Shown here: piece after piece, positions 1-8,336 of the stretch | Layout: every line of letters starts with the position of its first letter | How positions within the stretch are numbered: the stretch's first letter is position 1 | NCBI RefSeq assembly: GCF_964218355.1 | Contig: NZ_CAXPMC010000008.1 | Coordinates: forward strand, 44,726-108,725 | Direction of reading: 5' to 3' | Origin: Ferrovibrio sp. | Lineage (GTDB): Bacteria; Pseudomonadota; Alphaproteobacteria; Ferrovibrionales; Ferrovibrionaceae | DNA length: 64,000 nucleotides | Translations under genes and position numbers: made by a program | Notes under the pieces: generated by a model | The model's input: only the letters and a program-made list of their open reading frames with translations | The model's database searches: none | What the model was told of the DNA's origin: nothing

Positions 1-252
1 CTGGGCATCAACCGGGCCAATTTCGTCGCGCTGCTGGACGAGCTGGAATCCCGCAAGCTGGCCCGCCGCGCCCCGGCGCCCGGCGACCGGCGCTCCAACG
101 CCCTGTTCCTGACCGCGAAAGGCGAGACCTTTCTCGACGATGCCTTCCGCCATCTGCAGGCCCGGCACGAACGCCGTCTGGATGAAGCCCTGGGCAGCAG
201 CGAGAAACAGCACCTGCTGGCCCTGCTCGGCCGCCTTGCCGACCTGACCTGA
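1..252 (+). CDS. MarR-family transcriptional regulator, 3' part (CouR/FerC-like by context)
   Basis: Frame from base 1 reads LGINRANFVALLDELESRKLARRAPAPGDRRSNALFLTAKG...LLGRLADLT*; DRR motif of the MarR wing; convergent on the fcs operon. 5' end lies outside the window. Confidence 0.75.
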   Translation: MGINRANFVALLDELESRKLARRAPAPGDRRSNALFLTAKGETFLDDAFRHLQARHERRLDEALGSSEKQHLLALLGRLADLT

Positions 253-280
253 CCCGGCAGCCTGCCCCGCCTTCAGGGGA

Positions 281-1537
281 TCACTCCGCGCGGGCCGCCG
301 GATTCTCGACCAGCAGGGCGATGCCCTGGCCACCGCCGATGCAGGCCGAGGCAACACCGTAGCGCAGGCCGGATTTCTGCAGCTCGCGCGCCACCGTCAC
401 CGCCAGCCGAATCCCGGTGGCACCCAGCGGATGGCCGATGGCAATGGCACCGCCGTTGACATTCAGCTTCTCGCGCGGGATCGACAGCGCCCGCATGCAG
501 GCCATCACCTGGGCACCGAAGGCCTCGTTGATCTCGAACCGGTCGACATCCTCGATCCGGATGCCCGCCCTGGCACAGACCGACTGGATCGCCGGCACCG
601 GACCGATGCCCATCACCTCGGGGCGCACACCAACACTGGCACCGGCCACGATCCGGGCCAGCGGCGTCTTGCCCCTGGCACGCACGTAGTCGCCGCCCGC
701 AACAATGGCTGCCGCTGCCCCGTCGACCACACCGGAGGAATTGCCGCCGGTCTGCACGCCGCCGAAGGCCGGCCGGATCTTGGCCAGGACCTCCACCGGC
801 GACGGGCGCACATGGGTATCCTCGGTCACTTCCGGCGTCTTGCGGCTCAGCCTGATGCCGCGGGTGTTGTAGCCGGCAAACTCGAAGCTCTCGCTGGCAA
901 CCGGCGTGATCTCGCCCTTGAAATATCCCGCCTCGCGGGCCTTCACGGCGCGGTCGAAGCTTTCCGCCGCATAGGCATCCACTTCCTCGCGGCTGATCTG
1001 GTATTCGCGGGCCAGGTTTTCGGCGGTATCACCCATCATGATGCCGGGCGCGGTATCGATCAGCGCCTCCCAGAGGAAGTCCTTGAACTCCACCTGGCCC
1101 ATGCGGAAGCCGTTGCGATGGGTATAGGCCGCCACCGGATTGCGGCTCATCGATTCAGCGCCGACCACCAGGCCGACATCGGTCTGCCCCAGCCTGACCG
1201 CCGAGGCTGCCTGGATGATCGCCTCGATGCCGGTGCCGCAGACGCGCTGCACCAGATGCGCCGGCACCTCGATGGGGATGCCCGCATATAGGCCGACATG
1301 GCGCGGCAGCATATAGGCATCATAGGAAGCCTGCGCCATGTTGCCGGCGACCACGGTTCCGACATCCTCGGCCGGCGTGCCGCTTTTCTTCAGCACTTCA
1401 CGGGCGACCTTGATGCCGAGATCGATCGGCGAAACTTCGGCAAACGCTCCCATGTAATCGGCAAAAGGCGTGCGGACGCCGTCGACGAGCCAGATATCGT
1501 CGAAATCGACACTGAGGCCGGCAGGTTTACGCGACAT
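281..1537 (-). CDS. Acetyl-CoA C-acyltransferase (thiolase)
   Basis: QRVCGTG (catalytic Cys), NEAF, GGAIAIGHPLGATG and CIGGGQG thiolase motifs; start trimmed to ATG 1537 (SD GAGGA), overlapping the fcs stop. Confidence 0.93.
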   Translation of the reverse strand: MSRKPAGLSVDFDDIWLVDGVRTPFADYMGAFAEVSPIDLGIKVAREVLKKSGTPAEDVGTVVAGNMAQASYDAYMLPRHVGLYAGIPIEVPAHLVQRVCGTGIEAIIQAASAVRLGQTDVGLVVGAESMSRNPVAAYTHRNGFRMGQVEFKDFLWEALIDTAPGIMMGDTAENLAREYQISREEVDAYAAESFDRAVKAREAGYFKGEITPVASESFEFAGYNTRGIRLSRKTPEVTEDTHVRPSPVEVLAKIRPAFGGVQTGGNSSGVVDGAAAAIVAGGDYVRARGKTPLARIVAGASVGVRPEVMGIGPVPAIQSVCARAGIRIEDVDRFEINEAFGAQVMACMRALSIPREKLNVNGGAIAIGHPLGATGIRLAVTVARELQKSGLRYGVASACIGGGQGIALLVENPAARAE

Positions 1538-3392
1538 GGACAATCCTCGTGTTGGCGGAAAGGACGCGGCCGGATGGCCGCGCTGCATAAAGATCCTCGA
1601 CCATGGCCTTGCGGTGGCCGAGCACGGCACGCTGGTTGATCGAACCCTTGTCGGTCACCTCGCCGACATCCAGCGAAGGCAGTTCGTCGACCAGGATCAG
1701 CCGTCCGATCCGGTTGGCACTGCCGGTGGCCTGGCGGGCGAAGTCCGCCAGCATGACCTCGAACTGCGCCCGCACCCGCGGGTCGCCGACAATGGCGGCA
1801 ACATGGCTGCCGGGCGGCAGGTCCGGGCAGAGTCCGCGACAATTCTCGACATCGATGAAAACCAGCGCGCCCAGCTCGTCGCGATCATGCCCGGCAATCA
1901 CCACATCGCGCACATAGGGGGCGAAATGGGCAATGAAGCGGCCGCGCAGCGGGCCGACGCTGACCCAGGTGCCGCTGGTCAGCTTGAAGTCCTCGGAAAT
2001 GCGGCCATCGAACAGCAACCCGCGCCCCGGCTGTGCCGGATCGATGAAGGCTGCCGCATCGCCCATCATGTAATAGCCTTCGTCGTCGAAGGCTCCGGCG
2101 CTGACCTCCGGCATCCGCCAGTAACCCGGCGTGACGTTGGGACCGCGCACGCGCACTTCCAGCTTTTCGCCGTTGGGCACCAGTTTCAGTTCCTGGCCCG
2201 GCACCGGCAGGCCGATCACGCCCGAGCGGTCGACCGGCCAGTTGGCGCAGAGTGCGAAGGGCGCCGTCTCGGTGGCGCCGAGGCCGCTGATGATCGGAAT
2301 CCGCTCGCCGATCGTATCGACCGCGATTTCCTCCAGGGCCGACCAGACATGCTGCGGCAGGGCGGCACCGGCATAGAAGATCATCTTCAGGCGGCTGAAA
2401 AAGGTTTCCCGCAGGGCCCGCTCTGCCCGCAGATAGGGCAGCAGCATCTCGAAGCCTTTGGGCACGTTGAAATATACCGTCGGCGCGACCTCCCGCAGAT
2501 TCCGTACAGTCCGCTCGATCAGGGCCGGCACCGGCTTGCCGTCGTCGATATAGAGCGAGCCGCCATTGTAGAGCGTGATGCCGACATTGTGGTTGCCGCC
2601 AAAGGTGTGATTCCATGGCAGCCAGTCGATGAAGACCGGCGGTTCCTCGCCGAAAACCGGCAGCGACTGCAGGATCATCTGCTGGTTGCTGCACAGCATG
2701 CGCTGGGTGTTGATCACGCCTTTCGGCATGCCGGTCGAACCCGAGGTGAACAGGAATTTGGCGATGCTGTCCGGCCCGACCCGGCCATGGGCGGCCTCGA
2801 CCGCAGCCGTCGGCATGGTGGCGCGCAGATCGCCGAACAGGGTGGCCGGCCGGTCTGCCGGCGGATTGGCGCCGACGACCAGTTCGGCATCCGCCGGCAT
2901 GGCCGCGGCCAGCGCCCGGGCGAATTTCGCACCATCCGCTGCGAAGACCAGCCCCGGCCGCAGCATGTCGAGTACATGCCGCAGCTTGCCGAAATCGCTG
3001 GATACCAGGGCGTAAGCCGGCGAAATCGCCGCCGACGGCACACCGACATGCTGGGCCGCCAGGGCCAGCAGCGCGTGATCGGCATCGTTGTCGGACAGGA
3101 TGGCCACCGGCCGGTCCACGGAAAGCCGCCGGTCGAGCAGCGCCTGGCCGACAGCCCGCACGCCATGCAGGGCGTCGCGGTAGGAAACCTTCTGCCAGCC
3201 GCCTGCGGCATCGCGCTGGGCGATGAAGGTGCGGTCCGGCGCCGCCGACGCCCAGTGCACCAGCCGCTCCGTCAGGCGGTCAGGATAGGACCCGAGCGGT
3301 TCCGGCGACCGCATCAGGATGCTGCCATCGGCGCGGCGCGTCAGTTCGGTATCGGCGCGGCCGAAACGGACCTGACGGAATGGGTGGGTCAT
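1527..3392 (-). CDS. fcs: Feruloyl/p-coumaroyl-CoA synthase
   Basis: AMP-binding FTSGSTGMPKG, WLPWNHTFGG, GLGATET, FDGRISEDFKL and LDVGEVTDKGSINQRAVL are typical of feruloyl-CoA synthases; start trimmed to 3392. Confidence 0.85.
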   Translation of the reverse strand: MTHPFRQVRFGRADTELTRRADGSILMRSPEPLGSYPDRLTERLVHWASAAPDRTFIAQRDAAGGWQKVSYRDALHGVRAVGQALLDRRLSVDRPVAILSDNDADHALLALAAQHVGVPSAAISPAYALVSSDFGKLRHVLDMLRPGLVFAADGAKFARALAAAMPADAELVVGANPPADRPATLFGDLRATMPTAAVEAAHGRVGPDSIAKFLFTSGSTGMPKGVINTQRMLCSNQQMILQSLPVFGEEPPVFIDWLPWNHTFGGNHNVGITLYNGGSLYIDDGKPVPALIERTVRNLREVAPTVYFNVPKGFEMLLPYLRAERALRETFFSRLKMIFYAGAALPQHVWSALEEIAVDTIGERIPIISGLGATETAPFALCANWPVDRSGVIGLPVPGQELKLVPNGEKLEVRVRGPNVTPGYWRMPEVSAGAFDDEGYYMMGDAAAFIDPAQPGRGLLFDGRISEDFKLTSGTWVSVGPLRGRFIAHFAPYVRDVVIAGHDRDELGALVFIDVENCRGLCPDLPPGSHVAAIVGDPRVRAQFEVMLADFARQATGSANRIGRLILVDELPSLDVGEVTDKGSINQRAVLGHRKAMVEDLYAARPSGRVLSANTRIVHVA

Positions 3393-3425
3393 GCGTCTTC
3401 CTCCCGTATGTCCCGCGCCGGTAAC

Positions 3426-3487
3426 GGGCTGCCGGCTTCCGGACGGCAGCCCCGCGGGATGGCTCCGCCGCCCTTGCGGTCGGAGCC
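3426..3487. other. Two adjacent GC-rich hairpins in the ech-fcs spacer
   Basis: GGGCTGCCG(3426-3434)/CGGCAGCCC(3444-3452) and GGCTCCG(3461-3467)/CGGAGCC(3481-3487); no U-tract. Confidence 0.5.
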
Positions 3488-3504
3488 GGCAATCCTGGTG
3501 CCGG

Positions 3505-4317
3505 CTATTTGCCGACCTTGGCGGCACGCTTTTCGAGAAAATCGCGGATGCGGGTTTTCGCCTCGATATCCGCCTGGGCGATGGAGGAGATCATCGCCTC
3601 CATCATGTAGCCGGATTCGGGGCTGGTTTCCGCAATGCGCGGCAGCGCGTGCATCACCGCGAAATTGGTCATCGGGGCATTGCCGGCAATCTTCGCGGCC
3701 AGTTCCATGGCCTTCGTCATGCCCTCGCCGGCACCGACCAGATACTGCGACAGGCCGATGGCATGGCCCTCGGCGGCATCATAGACCCGGCCGGTCAGCA
3801 TCATGTCCATCATGCGTGCCACGCCGATCAGGCGCGGAATCCGCACCGAGCCCCCGCCACCGACGAAAATGCCGCGCTGCCCCTCGGGCAGGGCATAGAA
3901 GCTGGAGGGTTCGGCAATGCGGATATGGGTGGCCGCGGCCAGTTCGAGGCCGCCGCCGATCACCGCGCCATGCAGCACCGAGATGACGGGAACGCGGCCG
4001 AACTGGATATGCCGGAAAGCCTCATGCCACATCATGGAATGACCGACGCCCTCGGTGGCCGACTGTTCCTGCAGCGAGGAAAGGTCAAGGCCGGCGGAAA
4101 AATGCTCGCCCTGACCATCGATCACCACCACCTTCACCCCCGCCGGCGGCGCGGCAAAGAACCGGTGCAGGCCCATCACGGTTGCATTGTCGAGGGCATT
4201 GCGTTTCTCCGCCCGCATCAGGCGCAGCACCGCGATTTCGCCCTGCAGTTCGACCCCCAGGCTGGCTGGCAGGTCGAATGCGGGCGCGTCGTTTCGGTCG
4301 ATCGGATTCAGCTGCAT
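3505..4317 (-). CDS. Crotonase/enoyl-CoA hydratase family protein
   Basis: FSAGLDL, GAVIGGGLELA and FYALPEGQRGIFVGGGGS (two catalytic Glu); start trimmed to 4317. Confidence 0.9.
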   Translation of the reverse strand: MQLNPIDRNDAPAFDLPASLGVELQGEIAVLRLMRAEKRNALDNATVMGLHRFFAAPPAGVKVVVIDGQGEHFSAGLDLSSLQEQSATEGVGHSMMWHEAFRHIQFGRVPVISVLHGAVIGGGLELAAATHIRIAEPSSFYALPEGQRGIFVGGGGSVRIPRLIGVARMMDMMLTGRVYDAAEGHAIGLSQYLVGAGEGMTKAMELAAKIAGNAPMTNFAVMHALPRIAETSPESGYMMEAMISSIAQADIEAKTRIRDFLEKRAAKVGK

Positions 4318-4341
4318 CTTGGTTTTGCTTCCGGTGATAAT

Positions 4342-4358
4342 TGTTATGGAATATAACA
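4342..4358. promoter_or_regulatory. CouR/FerC-type MarR operator
   Basis: TGTTAT-GGAAT-ATAACA perfect inverted repeat 25 bp upstream of the ech start; matches the GTTAT-N5-ATAAC geometry recalled for CouR sites. Confidence 0.7.
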
Positions 4359-4441
4359 TTCATGCCGCTCTTGGCAAGCGCCAAAAGGCGAGCCGCCAGG
4401 CGGCGGGCGGACTCCTGGAATAAGCTGGTTTTCCGGTCTTT

Positions 4442-5353
4442 TCAGGCTGTTCGCCAATCCCCGGCAATCGCGATCTGCATGCTGCCGATCCCATCGATCC
4501 AGGCCTCCATGCGGTCGCCGGGATTGACCTGCGACACCCCTTCCGGCGTGCCGGTCATGATCACATCGCCAGGCTGCAGGGTGTAGAAGCGCGACGCATA
4601 TTCGATCAGCCTCTGCACATCGAAAATCAGGTAGCTGGTATTCGACTTCTGGCGGGTCTCGCCATTGACCGCGATGCTGAGGTCCAGCCGGTTCGGATCG
4701 GCAATCTCGTCGCGGGTGACGATCCACGGCCCCAGCACGGCGAATGTGTCCACGGATTTGCGGAAACCGGGGAATTCCGGCCCCCGGATCGTCATGTCCA
4801 GGCCGATGCTGTAGCCCAGAACGTGATCCAGCGCCTGTTCGCGCGGGATGAACCGGCCCTCCCTGCCGATGATCACCGCCAGTTCGACCTCATGGTCGTT
4901 GCGGCGGTCGGGAAAGCTGAGCTGCACCTCCTGTGCCGGCCCGATCAGGGCGGAATTCGCCTTGATGAACAGGCCGTACTGGTCGAGCGACGTGAAGGTC
5001 TTGCCGTGGTTGATCGCCGTATCGGCATTGGCCTCGTCGATATGGGCGCGGTAGTTGATCGGCGCCCCGATGATCTTGCCCGGATTGGCCACCGGGCTGT
5101 CCAGCCGCACCGCGGCCAGCGGCAGTGTGCTGCCGCCGGCTTTCGCCTGCGCCGCGATCTGCGGCAGCAGGGCCGGAATCTGCCGCACGATCCAGTCGCC
5201 GGGTGGCAGCGGCCAGGCCGGCTTCAGGTCGAACAGGGCGGTGACATCGTGGACCACATCGCCCGCGACGACACCGATACGGTTGCTGTTGAAGCGGCAG
5301 ATACGCATGACGGTTTCCATCCCGGCGCCGGATGCCGGGTCGGCATCGGTCAT
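4442..5353 (-). CDS. Fumarylacetoacetate hydrolase family protein
   Basis: DHEVELAVIIG, GYSIGLDMTIR, RKSVDTFAVLGPW and LQPGDVIMTGTPEGV FAH motifs; true start may be 5317 or 5305. Confidence 0.9.
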   Translation of the reverse strand: MTDADPASGAGMETVMRICRFNSNRIGVVAGDVVHDVTALFDLKPAWPLPPGDWIVRQIPALLPQIAAQAKAGGSTLPLAAVRLDSPVANPGKIIGAPINYRAHIDEANADTAINHGKTFTSLDQYGLFIKANSALIGPAQEVQLSFPDRRNDHEVELAVIIGREGRFIPREQALDHVLGYSIGLDMTIRGPEFPGFRKSVDTFAVLGPWIVTRDEIADPNRLDLSIAVNGETRQKSNTSYLIFDVQRLIEYASRFYTLQPGDVIMTGTPEGVSQVNPGDRMEAWIDGIGSMQIAIAGDWRTA

Positions 5354-5356
5354 ATC

Positions 5357-5375
5357 GTTTGTTTATATAACAATC
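5357..5375. promoter_or_regulatory. Degenerate CouR-like box upstream of the FAH gene
   Basis: GTTTGTTTATATAACAATC contains the same ATAACA half-site as 4353-4358 and a TTGTT-N5-AACAA inverted repeat. Confidence 0.45.
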
Positions 5376-5407
5376 GCCGGATAGTACAAGCCGCCGCCCG
5401 CGACACG

Positions 5408-6544
5408 TCAATCCTCTCCGGCCGGGATCAGATCGCTGTGCGACGGCGGCAGGTCGCCCAGCGGCCCCATCGCCGCCCGGTCGCGGGCGAATAACGGCTT
5501 GGACTGGACATACAGCGCCAGCAGCCGGGCCAGCGCCACCAGCGAATCCGCATGGCTGCGCTCGTAACCATGGGAGGCATCCAGCGCGAAGCAAACCAGC
5601 GCCGTGCGGATGTCGTTGCCGGCCTCGAGTGCCGAAGCCGCATCGCTGCGGTAATAGCGGAAAACGTCGCGGCTGTGCTCGATGCCGTGCTTGCCGCAGA
5701 TCTCCAGCAGCCGCCGGGTCAGGTGGCGGTCGAACGGGCCGCTGGAATCCTGCATGGCAATGGTCACGCCGAATTCGCTGGTATACTGCCCGGGTGCGAT
5801 GGTGCCGTTGTCGATGGAAACCAGCTCGGCCACATCGCCGTGCAGTACGGTCGAGGCGCCAACCCCGACCTCTTCGGCGATGGTGAAGATCAGGTGGCAA
5901 TCCATCGGCAGCCGCGCATCGGATTTGCAGATTGCCCGCGCGGCCGCCAGCATCGCCGCCACGCCGGCCTTGTCGTCGAGATGACGTGCCACCAGGAAGC
6001 CGTTGTCGAGGAATTCCGGCATCGGATCGATCGAGATCGTATCGCCGACATGGATGCCCAGCGCACGGATATCGGCCTCGCTGTCCACCTTCTCATCCAG
6101 GCGCAGCTCCAGATTATGCCAGCCGATCGGCTGGGTATCGATCTCCTCGTTGAAGGTATGGCCCGAGGCCTTGCGCGGCAGGATGCTGCCGCGATAGTGC
6201 GTGCCGTCATCGGTGTGCACCAGGCAGCGGGCACCCTCGGCAAAGCGCGCCGACCAGGTGCCGATCGGCACCACCTGCGGCCGGCCATTCTCCCAGAATC
6301 CCTTCACCATGGCGCCGAGCGTATCGAGATGGCCGACAATGGCGCGGTCCGGCGAGGATCGCGATCCCTTGAAATCGGCACGGATCGCACCGCGCCGGGT
6401 CAGCTCGTACGGGACCCCCATATCGTCCAGTTCGCCGCAGACGAAAGCCACCACCGCATCGGTCATGCCGCTGGGGCTGGGAATCGCCAGCAGGGTACGC
6501 AGGGTCTGCAGCAGGTAGTCGCGGTCGATCGTCAGGTCTTTCAT
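5408..6544 (-). CDS. Osmoprotectant NAGGN system M42-family peptidase
   Basis: VGHLDTLG, RHLDDKAG, FTIAEEVG and RYYRSDA; third gene of the asnO-ngg operon. Confidence 0.9.
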   Translation of the reverse strand: MKDLTIDRDYLLQTLRTLLAIPSPSGMTDAVVAFVCGELDDMGVPYELTRRGAIRADFKGSRSSPDRAIVGHLDTLGAMVKGFWENGRPQVVPIGTWSARFAEGARCLVHTDDGTHYRGSILPRKASGHTFNEEIDTQPIGWHNLELRLDEKVDSEADIRALGIHVGDTISIDPMPEFLDNGFLVARHLDDKAGVAAMLAAARAICKSDARLPMDCHLIFTIAEEVGVGASTVLHGDVAELVSIDNGTIAPGQYTSEFGVTIAMQDSSGPFDRHLTRRLLEICGKHGIEHSRDVFRYYRSDAASALEAGNDIRTALVCFALDASHGYERSHADSLVALARLLALYVQSKPLFARDRAAMGPLGDLPPSHSDLIPAGED

Positions 6545-6548
6545 GGTC

Positions 6549-8318
6549 TCAGCGCCCTCCGCGCGCCGGGCGCTTTGTCGCCCTGGTTTCCGGGAACAGG
6601 AAGTCGATGAATTTTTCGGCCGTCGGCTGCGGTTCGTGATTGGCCAGCCCCGGCCGCTCGTTCGCCTCGATGATGCGGTAATGCGGCTGGTCCGGCGACC
6701 GGACGATGAAATCGAAACCGACCAGAGGCATGTGCAGGACCTCTGCAGCCCGCACCGCCGCCGCGGCCAGCTCCGGATGCAGCACGGGCGTAACGTCGTG
6801 GATCGTGCCGCCGGTATGCAGGTTGGCGGTCTTGCGCACGGCGAGAGCTTCGCCCTGGGGCAGGATGTCGGTGAAGCCGAAGCCGGCCGCCCGCACGCAG
6901 CGCTCGGTTTCCTCGTCCAGCGGAATCCGGCTTTCGCCGCCGGTGGCCGCCGCCCGGCGGCGGCTCTGTTTCTCGATCAGTTCGATCACCGTATGCACGC
7001 CATCGCCGACAATCGTCGCCGGCCGCCGGATGGCTGCGGCGACAACCTCGCCATCGATGACGATGATGCGCAGATCCTCGCCGGAAACGAATTCCTCGGC
7101 GATCACCTGATCGGCGATCCGGCGGGCTGCCTCGTAGGCGACCAGCACCTCGCTGCGGCGACGCAGGTCGACGAAGACACCGCGCCCCTGTTCTCCGCGC
7201 GCCGGCTTGACCACGACGCGCCGGTGCTTTTCCAGGAATGTCACCGCATCTTCCGGTGCCGCCAGCGTTGTCTGGTCCGGCACGGAAAGACCGGCACGGT
7301 CCAGCAGCCGGCGGGTCAGCGCCTTGTCGTCGCAGCGGCTCATGGCGACAGCGGTGGTGAGGTCGCTGAGGCTTTCCCGGCAATGCACGCTGCGTGCGCC
7401 ATGGGTCAGGGTGAAAATGCCGGCAGCGGCATCCTCGACCTCGACCGCGATGCCGCGCCGCCGCGCCTCATCGACGATGATGCGGGCGTAGACATTCAGA
7501 CCGCCATCGGGCGATGGCCCGATATAGAGCTTCTGGTTGATCGAATTGCGCGTCTTGATGCAGTAGACCGGAATCTGCACGAAACCCAGCTGCCGGTAGA
7601 GGGCGATGGCCTGCTCGTTGTCATGCATCACCGAGAGATCCATGAAGCTGCGCCCGGCTGCCTGCATATGGCGGGCCAGACCCAGGGTCAGCGCGCGCCC
7701 GATGCCGGGCTGCGCCGCCTGCGGGTCGACAGAAAGCGCCCACAGGCTGCTGCCATTGTCGGGGTCGCGGAAGGCGGTGACATGGTCCACCCCCATCACG
7801 ACGCCGACCAGCTGCTGCGGCTCGCCGCCGGTTTCCGCCACCAGGATGTCCACCGCCGGATGCCGGTCCGCACAATACCCGTCGCGCAGCGGCACCATGC
7901 CACGGGATACATACAGCCGGTTGATCTCGCTTTCATCGGCCGGTGTCGCCGGCCGCACGGTCACGGCTGCATCGCCCTCGTCCGGCAGGGCCGCACTGAG
8001 GTCAAGCCTGAAGGCATGGGAAGGATCGAGGAACAGGGCCTGCGGCGCAATCGACAGGACCACATGCGGCTCGCGCACATAGAAAGCGATATCCCGCTCG
8101 CCGATGGTTTCCTCGACCAGACGGTCGGCCACCTGTTCCGGGCCGTCGCAGGTCTGGCCGAACAGCAGCCGGCCCCAGCCGCAATCCACTGTGGCGGCGC
8201 GGCGGCGCACGGCCCGGGGCGGGGCACCCCATTGCTGCAGTGACAGGCCTCCGGCCTCCGCGGCGGGCAGGCTGGCTTCCGGCGGGCTGCGGCCATAATC
8301 GGCAGCGATAGCAGTCAT
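6549..8318 (-). CDS. ngg: N-acetylglutaminylglutamine synthetase (GNAT + ATP-grasp)
   Basis: CGWGRLLFGQT N-terminus, GNAT (SLWALSVDPQAAQPGIG ... DLSVMHDN) and ATP-grasp (VVKPARGEQGRG, KTANLHTGG, IEANERPGLANHEPQPTAE). Confidence 0.92.
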   Translation of the reverse strand: MTAIAADYGRSPPEASLPAAEAGGLSLQQWGAPPRAVRRRAATVDCGWGRLLFGQTCDGPEQVADRLVEETIGERDIAFYVREPHVVLSIAPQALFLDPSHAFRLDLSAALPDEGDAAVTVRPATPADESEINRLYVSRGMVPLRDGYCADRHPAVDILVAETGGEPQQLVGVVMGVDHVTAFRDPDNGSSLWALSVDPQAAQPGIGRALTLGLARHMQAAGRSFMDLSVMHDNEQAIALYRQLGFVQIPVYCIKTRNSINQKLYIGPSPDGGLNVYARIIVDEARRRGIAVEVEDAAAGIFTLTHGARSVHCRESLSDLTTAVAMSRCDDKALTRRLLDRAGLSVPDQTTLAAPEDAVTFLEKHRRVVVKPARGEQGRGVFVDLRRRSEVLVAYEAARRIADQVIAEEFVSGEDLRIIVIDGEVVAAAIRRPATIVGDGVHTVIELIEKQSRRRAAATGGESRIPLDEETERCVRAAGFGFTDILPQGEALAVRKTANLHTGGTIHDVTPVLHPELAAAAVRAAEVLHMPLVGFDFIVRSPDQPHYRIIEANERPGLANHEPQPTAEKFIDFLFPETRATKRPARGGR

Positions 8319-8336
8319 GGCGTTACTCCCGGTGCG

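Noticed and set aside
1470-3986. Long alternative-frame ORFs (also 23892-26276, 37466-39148, 46215-48635, 50786-53278, 55058-57514 and many shorter ones)
   Set aside because: They are antisense or shifted shadows of well-supported genes, expected from stop-codon scarcity at high GC, and carry no family motifs.
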